A stretch of 63,385 bases of DNA, counting the filler, from Octopus bimaculoides (lineage: Eukaryota), in the NCBI RefSeq assembly GCF_001194135.2. It is 6 parts of 5 records of this genome, joined end to end, with 100 filler letters (N's around TTAATTAATTAA, not from the genome) between each part and the next. Parts side by side here need not be neighbours in the genome. Positions count along the whole stretch, not along the records: positions 1 to 19,548 come from NC_068994.1; positions 19,649 to 37,414 come from NC_068986.1; 4 more parts are not named here. One strand, written 5' to 3'. Below, one piece after another: positions 11,222 through 22,665 of this stretch. How positions within the stretch are numbered: position 1 is the first letter of the stretch; each line of letters starts with the position of its first letter. The notes beneath the pieces are model-generated. The model saw only the letters and a program-made list of their open reading frames with translations, was not told the origin of the DNA and did not search any database. A program made the translations under genes and the position numbers.

Positions 11222-12430
11222 TATTTTCTCTTTATCACAGGTTTTGTTGGGGCTCCTGAAGTCTTGTATACGTTGCGGCCTTACTACCTGCAGCCTACAG
11301 TACCATGCTATTCGTTTTTTCAGCTATCTAATACTTTCCTAATTATTCTGGCCGTGCTAAGGAGGCAAACCTTTTGTAACAGTTCTACTGGGTACTCTAT
11401 TCCAATTTCCTTTATATTCTCCTTGATGCCTTCTGATACCATTCCCAAAGACCTAACAATAATTGGCACCATTTTCACCTTCTTCATTTTCCATAGCCGG
11501 GCTATTTCGTACTTAAGAGGGTTGTATCTATTTATCTTTTCGCCTTCCTTCATGACTATTCGTGGGTCAAATGGGATTGCAACATCAACTATGTAGCACA
11601 TGTCATACACCATGTCCACCACCACTAGAACCAGTCTGTTATGCTCTAGCACCTGGTCATTTTGGACTGAGAAATCCCAGAGAATTTTGCTAGCCTGTGT
11701 TTTGTGTTTATACCAGGTCTTGCCACTCTAGCCTCCGTTTTTCGTACAGTTTCTCTGGTCGTGTCGCCACAACCTGTAGTGGTTTTGGACAAGACTAGGG
11801 CATTCGTTTGTGATATGGGCAATGGTTTCATCCACTGTATTGCAGATGCGGCACAGCGAAAACACTTGCTCATACCTCAGATTGACCCTCCAGTTCGTGG
11901 CCAGAGTGTGGTCCTGCGCTGCCAGTATAGTGCTTTAGGTCTCTTTTTTTAGGGTTCCTTTCATCAGCCAATCCGACCTATTTTTTCCAGCAACTTCTGT
12001 TGTGGCTACATGGAATTGATTATGTTGTCCATTCTTGCGTAATTCTTCTTCATGTCCCTTTTGTACTTCTTCCTTCGTTTTCCCTTTTTTTGTTTCTAGC
12101 AAGGTTTCCTTACTTTGAGCTAGGTAACTCATTAAGCACTCGAGTTCAATACGCATGCAGTCTTCCATACTTATCAGTCCCCTTCCTCCATTTGCTCTCT
12201 TCATCTATAGGCAATCAGTATCTTCACGCGGATGATGGACTCTATGCATCGTTAGGAACTATCTTGACTTCCTGTCCATTTCCTTTAGCTCCTCCTCTGT
12301 ACACTTCAGGATTCCAGTGCCATACCGAACTACTACGACTGCGCGCGAGTTTATTGCCGAAATTATGTTTTCGGCATTCAGCTTTGAAGCCAATATTTTT
12401 CTCACTTCGCCCCAGGTACTCTCTGTTCTG
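11222..12430 (-). mobile_element. 5'-truncated R4/Dong-type LINE (subfamily 3): post-RT region, zinc-knuckle region and RLE
   Basis: ORFs GGRGLISMEDC... and ...IVDVAIPFDPRIVMKEGEKINRYNPLKYEIARLWKMKKV...LLQKVCLLSTARIIRKVLDS*. Confidence 0.85.
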
Positions 12431-12702
12431 AAGAGTGATATGAAAGGAGCATTAGTGTCGATATAAAATGGTAACCATCAAGTTCTCAGCACTATAAGAG
12501 CAATTTCCAAGTGTCAACATAATGAATATTAAAAAATTAGAAAAAACATATGTGGCGAGGAAAAGACAACATTAAGTTAATGACCAATATTGTAATTATC
12601 TTTTTCAAATAATTTAACTTCCATGGCCTCTATATAGTCACATGAGATAGCAGTCAAATCTCCCTCAAATCACGTCCCACACACTTAAACAAGAAAAGAT
12701 AC

Positions 12703-13288
12703 AGATCTTCTTTAAAACGGGGGTCACATTTTTCATAATGTTTTACGTAGTGTTTTTGGTACCGAAAGACTTTCAAACTTCGTATACTTATCTATTTTGT
12801 GTTATAGAACAGAAAAATATTTTTGTATTCGAATTTATTTCATGTAAAAAATTGTCTTATTTCGATAATTTCAACCAATCACTGACAAGTATTCAGTTGT
12901 CTACATTTACTCCTTTGGCTGATTAAGCGGTGTAAAGCGTATTTAATCTCCATAACTTCTTTTTTCATTTTAAATTTGCTTTTTTCATTTTCTTTTTTTT
13001 TTCTTCGTTTTATTTGCTTTTTTCTTTTTAAATTTGCTGTTTTACCCTAACCCTAACCCTAACCGTTTGTTTATGTAGTCGGCACTTAATGTATATCGGC
13101 TGAATGGACGTCAGTGATTGGTTGAAATTACAGAAATACGACAACTTTAACATGGAATAACTTAGGGATTTCTTTTTTTTTTAAGAAGACTAAGAGAAAA
13201 AGATGTTTTATATGACACATTCTACCAGTGTTCCAAGTTTCAAAGTGTTTCGTTAATGAAAAATGTGGCCCCCGTTTTAAAAAAGATC
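12703..13288. mobile_element. MITE-like element with long imperfect inverted repeats and an internal (CCCTAA)3
   Basis: Outer IR gatcttctttaaaacggggggtcacatttttcat / atgaaaaatgtggcccccgttttaaaaaagatc. Inner IR taatttcaaccaatcactgac (12866-12886) / gtcagtgattggttgaaatta (13110-13130). CCCTAA x3 at 13045-13062. Confidence 0.75.
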
Positions 13289-13807
13289 CAAAGATACTTC
13301 TAAAATTAAGGGACTGCCTGGGCTTGGCTGGCCTAGGGTTCAACATTGCTGCCACCGCAAACCTACATTATTGCCACCATTGCTACTACAAGTACTACTA
13401 TTGCTGTTACTGCTGCAGCAGCCACTACTACTACTACTGTTAGTCACATCTCACGGACCCACATCCAACAACACACCCACACACTCCGTAATCAAGCATA
13501 CCGTCGTATCTTCGCACTAAACTACACCACTATCGCTACTTCCACTACAACCCCCACGACCTTACCATTACAGCTACTGCTGCTGCTAATATTACATCAG
13601 TGAAGAGAATGCTCAGTTATTCGGCTCGCTACTCGGCTGTGTCTGGTAACCTAGTTTTATACTGGGCAGAATGAGGGTGGGTATGTAGGCATGTGTGTGT
13701 TCTATGTCTCTAAAAATGCGAATAGTTGCACCCACAGCGACATGTGTCGAAATTCAAATATAGGTATTATGTATGCATGTATGTATTTATGTATGTATAC
13801 ACACATA

Positions 13808-13849
<42 letters not shown>

Positions 13850-14329
13850 GCGCACATACATACATACATACATACATACATACATACATACATACATACA
13901 TACGTACGCACGTACATACATATGATCTCATGATAGTAATAAGTCACTTCCTGCATAAAATGGGGAGGATCAAGCGAGAATCTCTTTAACTTCCAATCTT
14001 CTCACATATCTTCTTGCATCATTTACGTGTTCTCCTCATCCTCATTTCATTCGCCTCTGTCTCTTCGTCAATAACAGCCGTCTATCCCTCTTTCTCCTCT
14101 TTCTATACATCAATAACACGTCTCTTTTTTCTTTCTCTCTCTCTCTCGCTCCCCTCACTTTCTTGTCGATAATACTTCCTCTTTCTCATTGTCCTCCCAC
14201 ATTCTCTCAATCTTATCTCCTTTTCTTTCCCTTTCCCTCGTCAGTAACAACCCCTTTTTTGCTTCGCAATGTGAGCCCTTTACTAATATTGATAGTTTTA
14301 CCCTACATCTTTGTTACTTAATTATCAAT

Positions 14330-14334
<5 letters not shown>

Positions 14335-14412
<78 letters not shown>
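14335..14412. repeat. (TC)n microsatellite
   Basis: Direct reading. Confidence 0.95.
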
Positions 14413-14416
<4 letters not shown>

Positions 14417-14565
14417 TATCAACCGATTTTTTTTCTTTTCTGACAATCCTTTAGGTGACTAAAAGTCACGAAGGTCTCAATTTTTTAAAAATTTTGAATT
14501 TATGATACACCCCATCATATATATATATGGCCACATTCATTGGACTGAAACATAAAAGAATAAAA

Positions 14566-14600
<35 letters not shown>

Positions 14601-14978
14601 AAATACATGTAAGCTAGGTGGAGAAATCACATTTGAATACATAATAAAATAGTAAAGAATATTTTATTAAAATTTCATACCTTTTCCTGACTTTAGGCCC
14701 TTCATATGTGTGTATGTGTGTGTGCGTGCGTGCGTGTGCACCTGAGTTTGTGTGTACATAGAAATATATATGTATCTATATATTAATACGCTAAGATTTA
14801 TGCTATCACGATTTTAACTGAAGGGAAAGACGAAGAGCGAGAAAGAGGGAGAGAGTTCTAACGACGTGAGGTGGGGTAAGGTAATATTTATTACGTGATG
14901 AAAAAGTTAGCTGAAGAAAGTGATATAGAGAAAGAGAGCTAGAAATAGTGTTTAGCAGAGCGGTGATGTTCTGGTGGT

Positions 14979-15020
<42 letters not shown>

Positions 15021-16396
15021 GGCTGTTATAATGAGAGTGAGAGACATAGAAAGAAAAAGAGAGGGGAGTAGTGACGTTATTAACAGCCGATGCATTCCAC
15101 AGTGACGTGGTTAGTGGAAGTGAGAGGTGAAATGAAAGAGAAAGAGAGAATTGATAATGAATTGAAGAGGAGAATGACATGCTTAAAAAGTTAGTTGAAG
15201 TAAGAGGTAGACAGAAAAAGAGGAAGGAAAGAGAAATATAAAGTGTTTAGCAGCAGAGTATTTTAAATATCATATAGTATACGAGTATACTTGTGTCGTC
15301 AAAAATGCCAGCGGTTTTATTAATGATAGAAAATAGCATGTAAAAACAATGGGGGAAATCATTGCTAAATGTGAGCAATCGAGTAAATAAATTTACATAC
15401 ACAGAATTGAAGTACTTGAACAATCAGTTACAGTTAAAAATATTATCATCTATGTAATGTGTGCATGTGTGTGTGCGCGCGCGCGTGTTTATATCTTTTC
15501 CATGCTTGCATGGATCAGACAGATTTTATACGGACGGATGTCGTTCCCGTCGCTAACTGTTACCTGTTTCCGAGTAAGGTAATATTTCACCATATTATTA
15601 CGTGGAAAATTGAAAACAAAAAGCCCCATTGCACGACAGTGACACTTGCTTGTAACTACTGCATCATGTCAAAGCAAGGAGATAGCAAAACAAACAAAAC
15701 ACACACATTGAGTTGATTGTTGGTGTAACCATGACGTTCTGGTGATCTCGTGAGCTAGCTTTCTTCTTTCCCATTGATTTCTGTATATATAATTATATTC
15801 TAAAATGTCGAGTGTACGTATAGGTATTTAATGCAAGCGTGAAAGCATAATTTCTTCCACACTAAAGAAGGTTGCAAAACGGCCGTAATTCTAAGGATGT
15901 CAAGTGGTTAAATAACTATATATTCACCTCTCTTACCTCCTCACTTTAAAAGTTTACACACATACACATAAATAAATGTGCGCATATATATNNNNNNNNN
16001 NNNNNNNNNNNNNNNNNNNNNNNNNNNNNNNNNNNNNNNNNNNNNNNNNNNNNNNNNNNNNNNNNNNNNNNNNNNNNNNNNNNNNNNNNNNNNNNNNNNN
16101 NNNNNNNNNNNNNNNNNNNNNNNNNNNNNNNNNNNNNNNNNNNNNNNNNNNNNNNNNNNNNNNNNNNNNNNNNNNNNNNNNNNNNNNNNNNNNNNNNNNN
16201 NNNNNNNNNNNNNNNNNNNNNNNNNNNNNNNNNNNNNNNNNNNNNNNNNNNNNNNNNNNNNNNNNNNNNNNNNNNNNNNNNNNNNNNNNNNNNNNNNNNN
16301 NNNNNNNNNNNNNNNNNNNNNNNNNNNNNNNNNNNNNNNNNNNNNNNNNNNNNNNNNNNNNNNNNNNNNNNNNNNNNNNNNNNNNNNNNNNNNNNN

Positions 16397-16460
<64 letters not shown>

Positions 16461-16679
16461 ATGTGCGTGTGTATGAGCGTGTGTGTGTGTTCTATTTTTT
16501 AGTTTAATATAAGTTCTTGAGAGAGTTTAAGCCGATCGCTAAAAAAGCAACGTAACTTTTTGAGTTAAGAGAGTTCCCGGTGTTTGTAAATATATAGTTG
16601 AGTTGATGTGTTGGTTGAACTGTCGATGCATACTCCCAAATGTGCGCATCTATTCACATATGAATCAAACATGGGGAAT

Positions 16680-17010
16680 TATTGGAATACCTTACAAATC
16701 TTCACTGTGCCAGTTTCTTTTACTCTTTTTCCGTGAAACCGAACATTTCTAAGTTTCTGTACAAATTTATTGGTGCATAACCTAATGCACCAATGATGAT
16801 AAGTACAAATGAGAATTCTTAGTCAGAGTGCCAGAGCTGTAAGTTTCGGATTAATTCGCCATAAATGTTCTCTTTTTTCTGGACTTTTTGATTGTGCATT
16901 CATATCTGCTGAGCAGCTGACCTTTACAACAGTACATGACTTTTGTTCCCTGTCCCACACAACAACATCAAGCCTGTAATTTTTGCACTGAATTGATGCT
17001 TTTATTGGGG
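16680..17010 (-). mobile_element. Decayed RLE C-terminal fragment of a (CATA)n-associated non-LTR family
   Basis: Homologous to the 17163-17670 fragment (DVVVWDREQKSCTV..., LIRNLQL..., IIIGALG). Confidence 0.7.
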
Positions 17011-17162
17011 TGTTACACTAGTATTCCTTGTTTTTAAAGGTGTGAATACCTGTTGTTCTGACATGCCTTTAATGTATACGTTGATGTATGCTTCCTGCGA
17101 ATAGCCGGCTTCCAACAAAGATACACGGCTCCATCTTTGAGATGTAGTTAACGCAGACAAAT

Positions 17163-17670
17163 TCACATTTGGAACTTGAGAAAAGTTTTGCATATTTTTA
17201 CTGTTCCACTCACAGATTGCTCTTGCAATGTACGAATTAGCCGGTCGATTTCTCTTTGAAAAAAGCTCAGTTTATCTAAATTCTCCTTTACGCATTTACT
17301 AACAAAACCTAGTGCTCCAATTATAATTGGTATGAATATGAATTCATGGTCTGGATATAGAAGCTGGAGGTTTCCAAGTAGTTGTCCATAGACATCCTCA
17401 TTTTCTTTCATTTTCAAAGAAATATTTGTATCTGAAGGGCAGATGACCTCTATGATGGTACATACCTTTGCCCTTCTGTTCCAAACAACAATATCCGGCG
17501 TGTTGCGTTTACATTTGACAGAAGTTTTGATGGGAATATTCCACCAGTATTCCTTCAGTTGGTATTTATGAATGTATTTATTAACAGAGGAATTTTCTAA
17601 GTTTATTTCAAGACAGTCTTTTTTGCGGATGGCATTGTAAATTGCTTTAGCGGCAACATTGTGCCGCATG
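17163..17670 (-). mobile_element. RLE domain fragment of a non-LTR retrotransposon, starting at a (TACA)n tract
   Basis: ORF: RHNVAAKAIYNAI...TPDIVVWNRRAKVCTIIEVICPSDTNISLKMKENEDVYGQL...FIPIIIGALG...SGTVKICKTFLKF (PD-(D/E)xK-type RLE). Confidence 0.85.
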
Positions 17671-17719
17671 TATGTATGTATGTATGTATGTATGTATGTA
17701 TGCATGCATGATTTAAGGA

Positions 17720-18068
17720 CTGTATCAAATCCTCATTAAAGGCCTGTGATATGCAGGACACTGACTGGGAGAACAATGCCTGTCATCGCCAAGGATGGAG
17801 GAAGCAGGTTAAGGAGGGGATCGACACTTCTGAGAGAGCACGTATCCAGCATGAAGAATTTAAGCGAGCTGCGCGAAAGCGCACGGCTCGTATAGTGAAT
17901 GGGGAAAGCTTGGTCTGCAATGTTTGCAGTCGTGTATTCTTGTCAAGAACAGGGCTCATTAGCCACCAACAGAGCCGCAAATGCAAAATATAAGTTAGTC
18001 CTAGAGCGCACAATGTTCCTGAAGGTCGGCATTGGTCTTCCTCGGTCACGAGTGGAAGGCCAACACAT
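17720..18068 (+). mobile_element. 3' end of an RTE (BovB-like) LINE with C2H2-like zinc finger
   Basis: WENNACHRQGWRKQVKEG...RAARK...LVCNVCSRVFLSRTGLISHQQSRKC*. Confidence 0.75.
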
Positions 18069-18074
18069 CATGTA

Positions 18075-18600
18075 TGCATGTCATTTTTCAGTTATATTTC
18101 AAGATTTCTTGCCAGTAGAGAAAGAGTCGGTTTGTAACTTAGATCCATGGCACCTTCATTGGAATTTCAACATCAACAACAGCGTATTTTTTAATGTATG
18201 TATATATGTATGTATATGTGCAGATTTGTATGTTTTGCTTTATGTACATATTCTCATGCATATACTTGCATATCTAGACATGCTCATATATACTTAAATG
18301 ATGCACTTCTGGAAAGTCCTGCAGATATTTACAGTTCCAGTGATGGATTGGATCTGTAGTGTTCGAATCAGCTTTCCTTTCTGGATTTGAGAGACCTAAT
18401 TTCTCCAGATTGGTATGTAGACAGTGTGTTATATATCCCAGTACCCCAATAATTACAGGTATAAACCTGAACTTGTAATCTGGACAGAGTAACTTCAGAT
18501 TTCTCAATAGTTCAGCGTAGGTATTTTTTTCAGCTTTATATTAATACTCGCTGGTCAGCTGATTTCCACAACTGTACACAGTTTCTCTTCTCTCTTTCAA
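18075..18600 (-). mobile_element. RLE C-terminus plus 3' UTR of the (CATA)n-associated family
   Basis: RNLKLLCPDYKFRFIPVIIGVLG... The 3' UTR ends aaatgacatgcatacat (degenerate CATA tail). Confidence 0.75.
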
Positions 18601-18964
18601 TGAGAACGCAATAGGCTGTCTTTCACAACAAACAACAACGACAACAATAATAAAGGAGATGATAGTGATGATGATGATAATTGAAATGTAAAAGTCCCTG
18701 GGAAATGTTAGCCCACCAAATTAGCCCAATAATTACTGCTTTGACCAGTGTCAAAATACAGGTTTTTTGATAGGTTCAACAAACCATGACGCCTAAACCA
18801 AACACCAATAAACTTACGTAATTTAGTAAAATCACACACTGATTGGTCAGAATACAGTTTGTAAAAATTAATATTCTGGAACCTACACAAATGTATTTAA
18901 GGCATACATTTGAGCCATCTCACAACAGTTGCAGATTGCAAACATAACTGCCATCACTACTATA

Positions 18965-19009
18965 TGAACCTGAAGATTGCATAGTTTAATGACTGAAAGT
19001 ACTAGTTCA
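18965..19009 (+). ncRNA. Minimal type-I hammerhead ribozyme motif (Penelope-type)
   Basis: Stem I tgaac/gttca; CTGAAGA at 18970; weak stem II; GAAA at 18995; palindromic stem III AGTACT; CUA cleavage triplet. Confidence 0.7.
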
Positions 19010-19486
19010 GTCAGGATGGACACTTAATATTCTATCATTTCATTATATTATATTATATTATTATAAGATTGTAAATAAAACGTGAAAATCAGACAAGGTT
19101 GGAATTTCTTAGAGTAATATATTCTTCTATACCCAATCATACGCACCCGTGTGTGCGTGTTTAACGTTTACTGTGAGTCCTGACCCATATATGCATGTAT
19201 GTATACATATAGATGTAGGTATGTACATATATGTATGGATATATGCATATATATATATATATATATATTATTTATGTTATTTTATATATATATATATATA
19301 TATATAAATGAACACGTATTAACAGAGAATATAGGTGATACAGACACTCCCCATACACACATGCACTTACAAAAGACACAGACACATTGAAGGACACGCA
19401 TGCGTAGACACATACAATAGGAATACAAAATACAAAATGGCTGATAGTTAGCAAGGTGAGACACACATAAGAAAGAAGGAAACAAA

Positions 19487-19531
19487 GGACCACTGATGAG
19501 GTCACAGAAGTGTGACGAAAGAACTCTGGCC
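19487..19531 (+). ncRNA. Minimal type-I hammerhead ribozyme motif
   Basis: ggacca-CTGATGA-g-gtcac[agaagt]gtgac-GAAA-gaactc-tggcc: 5 bp stem II, stem I cca/tgg extended past one mismatch, CUC triplet. Confidence 0.68.
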
Positions 19532-19548
19532 GAAATAAGATTAAGATT

Positions 19549-19648
19549 NNNNNNNNNNNNNNNNNNNNNNNNNNNNNNNNNNNNNNNNNNNNTTAATTAA
19601 TTAANNNNNNNNNNNNNNNNNNNNNNNNNNNNNNNNNNNNNNNNNNNN
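19549..19648. other. Synthetic scaffold spacer N44-TTAATTAATTAA-N44
   Basis: Exactly 100 bp. The same design recurs at 37415, 44169, 54371 and 62206. Confidence 0.9.
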
Positions 19649-19725
<77 letters not shown>

Positions 19726-20483
19726 GTATGTATCTATGTGGGCCAGCATATATTTTTCAATACAGGAAGAATGAAAAGTGGGATTTGAATTGAGAATAAT
19801 AGAAAGACAAAACAAAATTCTCTAATTGCTTAAGTCCGGTGCCATGGAGTTTTTTTCGCCAACTCACCACCCATTATGATGGAATAAAAATAAAAGAAAC
19901 ATTTTAGAAGCAGAACAAATAACTTTATAACTATATGGTATCATTTTTAGCAAACAATGAAACGGCTTGCAATGAGAAATGAGAGTAATCTCCAAGCTCA
20001 CCAAATGAATTGTTGAAGCTGAGTAGGTCATGTGTCTGGAATTTTGTAGGCGGATGACTTACATGGGTCAGAGTTTAGAGGTGTGTGCGCGTGTGTATAG
20101 ATAGAGATGGGTGGGCACAACCTGCTAACACCAATAGTGCTTCAGGATATAAACTTTAAAAGCTTTTAATGAGGGCAAATGGATCAAATCTCGAATTTCA
20201 CTTCAGCCATGGGGAGTACAAAATAGAAAAGTACAATTGTGAGGAGTGGTGATGATCAATGCTATGTGGTGAACCTGGTACTCCCTTCCCAAGCAGTACT
20301 CCTCTTTATGGAACATGGAGTATTGCCAGAGCATTTGGAATGGCTTTAAGAAATTGTTATCTGAAGTAACAGCAGCCTCAAATTCTGCTCAGGTCAAACA
20401 ATCTATAACCAATGGTGGTGTTCTACTTATGACCATCCCATCATTCACACTATGTAGGACTACATTAGTGTCCTTCCTACGCT

Positions 20484-20881
20484 TACTCTTTTACTTGTTT
20501 CAGTCATTTGACTGTGGCCATGCTGGAGCACCGCCTTTAGTCGAGCAAATCGACCCCAGGACTTATTCTTTGTAAGCCTAGTACTTATTCTATTGGTCTC
20601 TTTTTGCCGAACTGCTAAGTTACGGGGATGTAAACACACCAGCATCGGTTGTCAAGCGATGGTGGGGGGACAAACACAGACACACATACACACACACATA
20701 TATATACACACATATACGACAGTCTTCTTTCAGTTTCCGTCTACCAAATCCACTCACAAGGCTTTTGGTTGGCCCGAGGCTATAGTGGAAGACACTTGCC
20801 CAAGGTGCCACGCAATGGAACTGAACCCAGAACCATGTGATTGGTAAGCAAGCTACTTACCACACAGCCACTCCTGCGCCT
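20484..20881 (-). mobile_element. tRNA-derived SINE, family A (CORE-like central domain)
   Basis: Minus-strand head aggcgcaggagtggctgtgtggtaag with A/B-box-like motifs, ccttgggcaagtgtctt core and an internal (CA/TA)n linker. Many copies in the window. Confidence 0.85.
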
Positions 20882-21102
20882 ATGTGTAATTTCTAGTAGG
20901 TGAGGTGACCATTTAAGGCTATCTCTTTGTTTCTTGTATCAATAAGTTGGTTGTTAAGTAGAAACAGCAGGACCTATTCTCAAATGGATGAGATTTCAAG
21001 CAGCTACATATATAAGGTCAAGTTAGAGTTTATCAGAAGTCTCGCTCATGGCTCGTATTTAATGCAGGTCCTCAGAAATGAAGAGATCAGCACAAAAGCT
21101 AC

Positions 21103-21135
<33 letters not shown>

Positions 21136-21696
21136 ATGTGACATTGTGTGAAAGTTGTAAAAGCCATGACGGTGTGTGATAATTGTAAACGAGTGTCACT
21201 GTCATGCAAGCAGTGTCTGTTTCCAATCCTCCTTGAAAACATGTCAGGTCATGGGGAAAAACATCTTACTTGGAAACAAGTGAGGGCTAGCAACAGGAAA
21301 GGCATCCAGCCATAGACAAGTGGATGTTAATTGATGAGACTTTCCAGGTTCTGCATACTAAATTCACACAGAAGGTTTTGGGTGAGCCTGGGATTTCGTA
21401 GAAGACACTAAACCAGGGCAGTGTGGTAAAAAGTTCACTTACCAAGTGAACCCAAAACTAGGGGTTTAGGCTTTTACAACTTTCACACACTGTCATATGC
21501 ACACATACACTGCCTCAAAACAATCAGATAATAAATGAGTGGAATTGAACCAGTGTGTGTGTGCTAATTACATCGGCATAATGACCCTCCCTAGACAACA
21601 AAATTTGTTTCAATACACAAATTCAAATATAGATTCTTGGAAACTGGATACAAAAACGAAATGTGTGTGGGTGTGTTCGAACTACGCTTGTTGAAA

Positions 21697-21781
21697 GACC
21701 CTGAATGAAGGAACACAGCAGATTATGCTAGGTTGCTTACACAACTGCACATACTCTGTTCAGCCGAAACACGTGTCGGTC
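21697..21781 (+). ncRNA. Type-I hammerhead-like motif with long stem II
   Basis: Stem I gacc/ggtc; core CTGAATGA (1 nt insertion); stem II gaacacag...ctctgttc; GAAA at 21766; palindromic stem III ACACGTGT; GUC triplet. Confidence 0.6.
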
Positions 21782-21915
21782 ATTTTAACCAACTAATTAT
21801 GTTCTATGACCAACAGTAAAATTAAAAGAAAAATTTGATGTCCCAGTCTCCGTATTCTTTGTAACTGTTTAAAATGCGTGTGTATGTATGTTCATATATA
21901 TATATATATATATAT

Positions 21916-22125
21916 ACTCTTTTACTTGTTTCAGTCTTTTTGATTGTGGCCATGATGGAGCACCGCCTTTAGTCGAGCAAATCGACCCCAGGACTTCTTT
22001 GTAAGCCTAGTACTTATTCTATCGGTCTCTTTTGCTGCACCGCTATGTTACGGGGACGTAAACACACCAGCATCAGTTGTCAAGCGATGTTGGAGGGGGG
22101 GGACAAACACAGACACACAAATACC
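21916..22125 (-). mobile_element. SINE family A, 3' half
   Basis: Near-identical to 20484-20670. Confidence 0.85.
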
Positions 22126-22148
22126 TACACATTCTAACTAAAGATCAC

Positions 22149-22182
<34 letters not shown>

Positions 22183-22630
22183 CACACATTATACGTACAC
22201 ACCTAAGTGTGTTTGTGATTTTAGTAAGATAACAGAGTAACGCCGTTGGGAAGAATAAAAATGAGAGTTAGATAAAGTAAAGTATAAAATACTGAAGAGG
22301 TAGTAATAGGTTGATGGATATAAAAAAATGTTCACGAATCATTTGATGTGAGAGCGAGACAGACTGTGTGTGTGTGTGTGTTTATATCTATATATACACA
22401 CACACACCCACCGTACTTCAATGAAATAAAACTAGCTGACTGACCCCTGGTGGCTATTCAAAGAAATACTTTTACTACTTCAACTTCCTGTTAGTCTGGC
22501 AACCACTTCCAGTCTCTCTCACAGTCAGCTGTCGACACGTCAAAAGCGCAGAAGTCGCTAACGTAGCTCTCGTCTCTCTCCCTCACCCATTCTCTGAATA
22601 CTCCCACTTCTTTTCTTAGTACGTGTTGTA

Positions 22631-22665
<35 letters not shown>

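Noticed and set aside
12428-12450. CTGAAGA...GAAA at the 5' end of the last Dong copy
   Set aside because: No stem II pairing and no stem III/NUH/stem I closure.
13045-13062. (CCCTAA)3 as a telomere or interstitial telomeric site; also tagggttaggttag at 27841
   Set aside because: Too short and embedded in dispersed repeats; not a chromosome end.
13600-13670. Possible micro-exon (EENAQLFGSLLGCV) with gtaacc donor
   Set aside because: Weak splice signals, no recognisable protein and low-complexity flanks.
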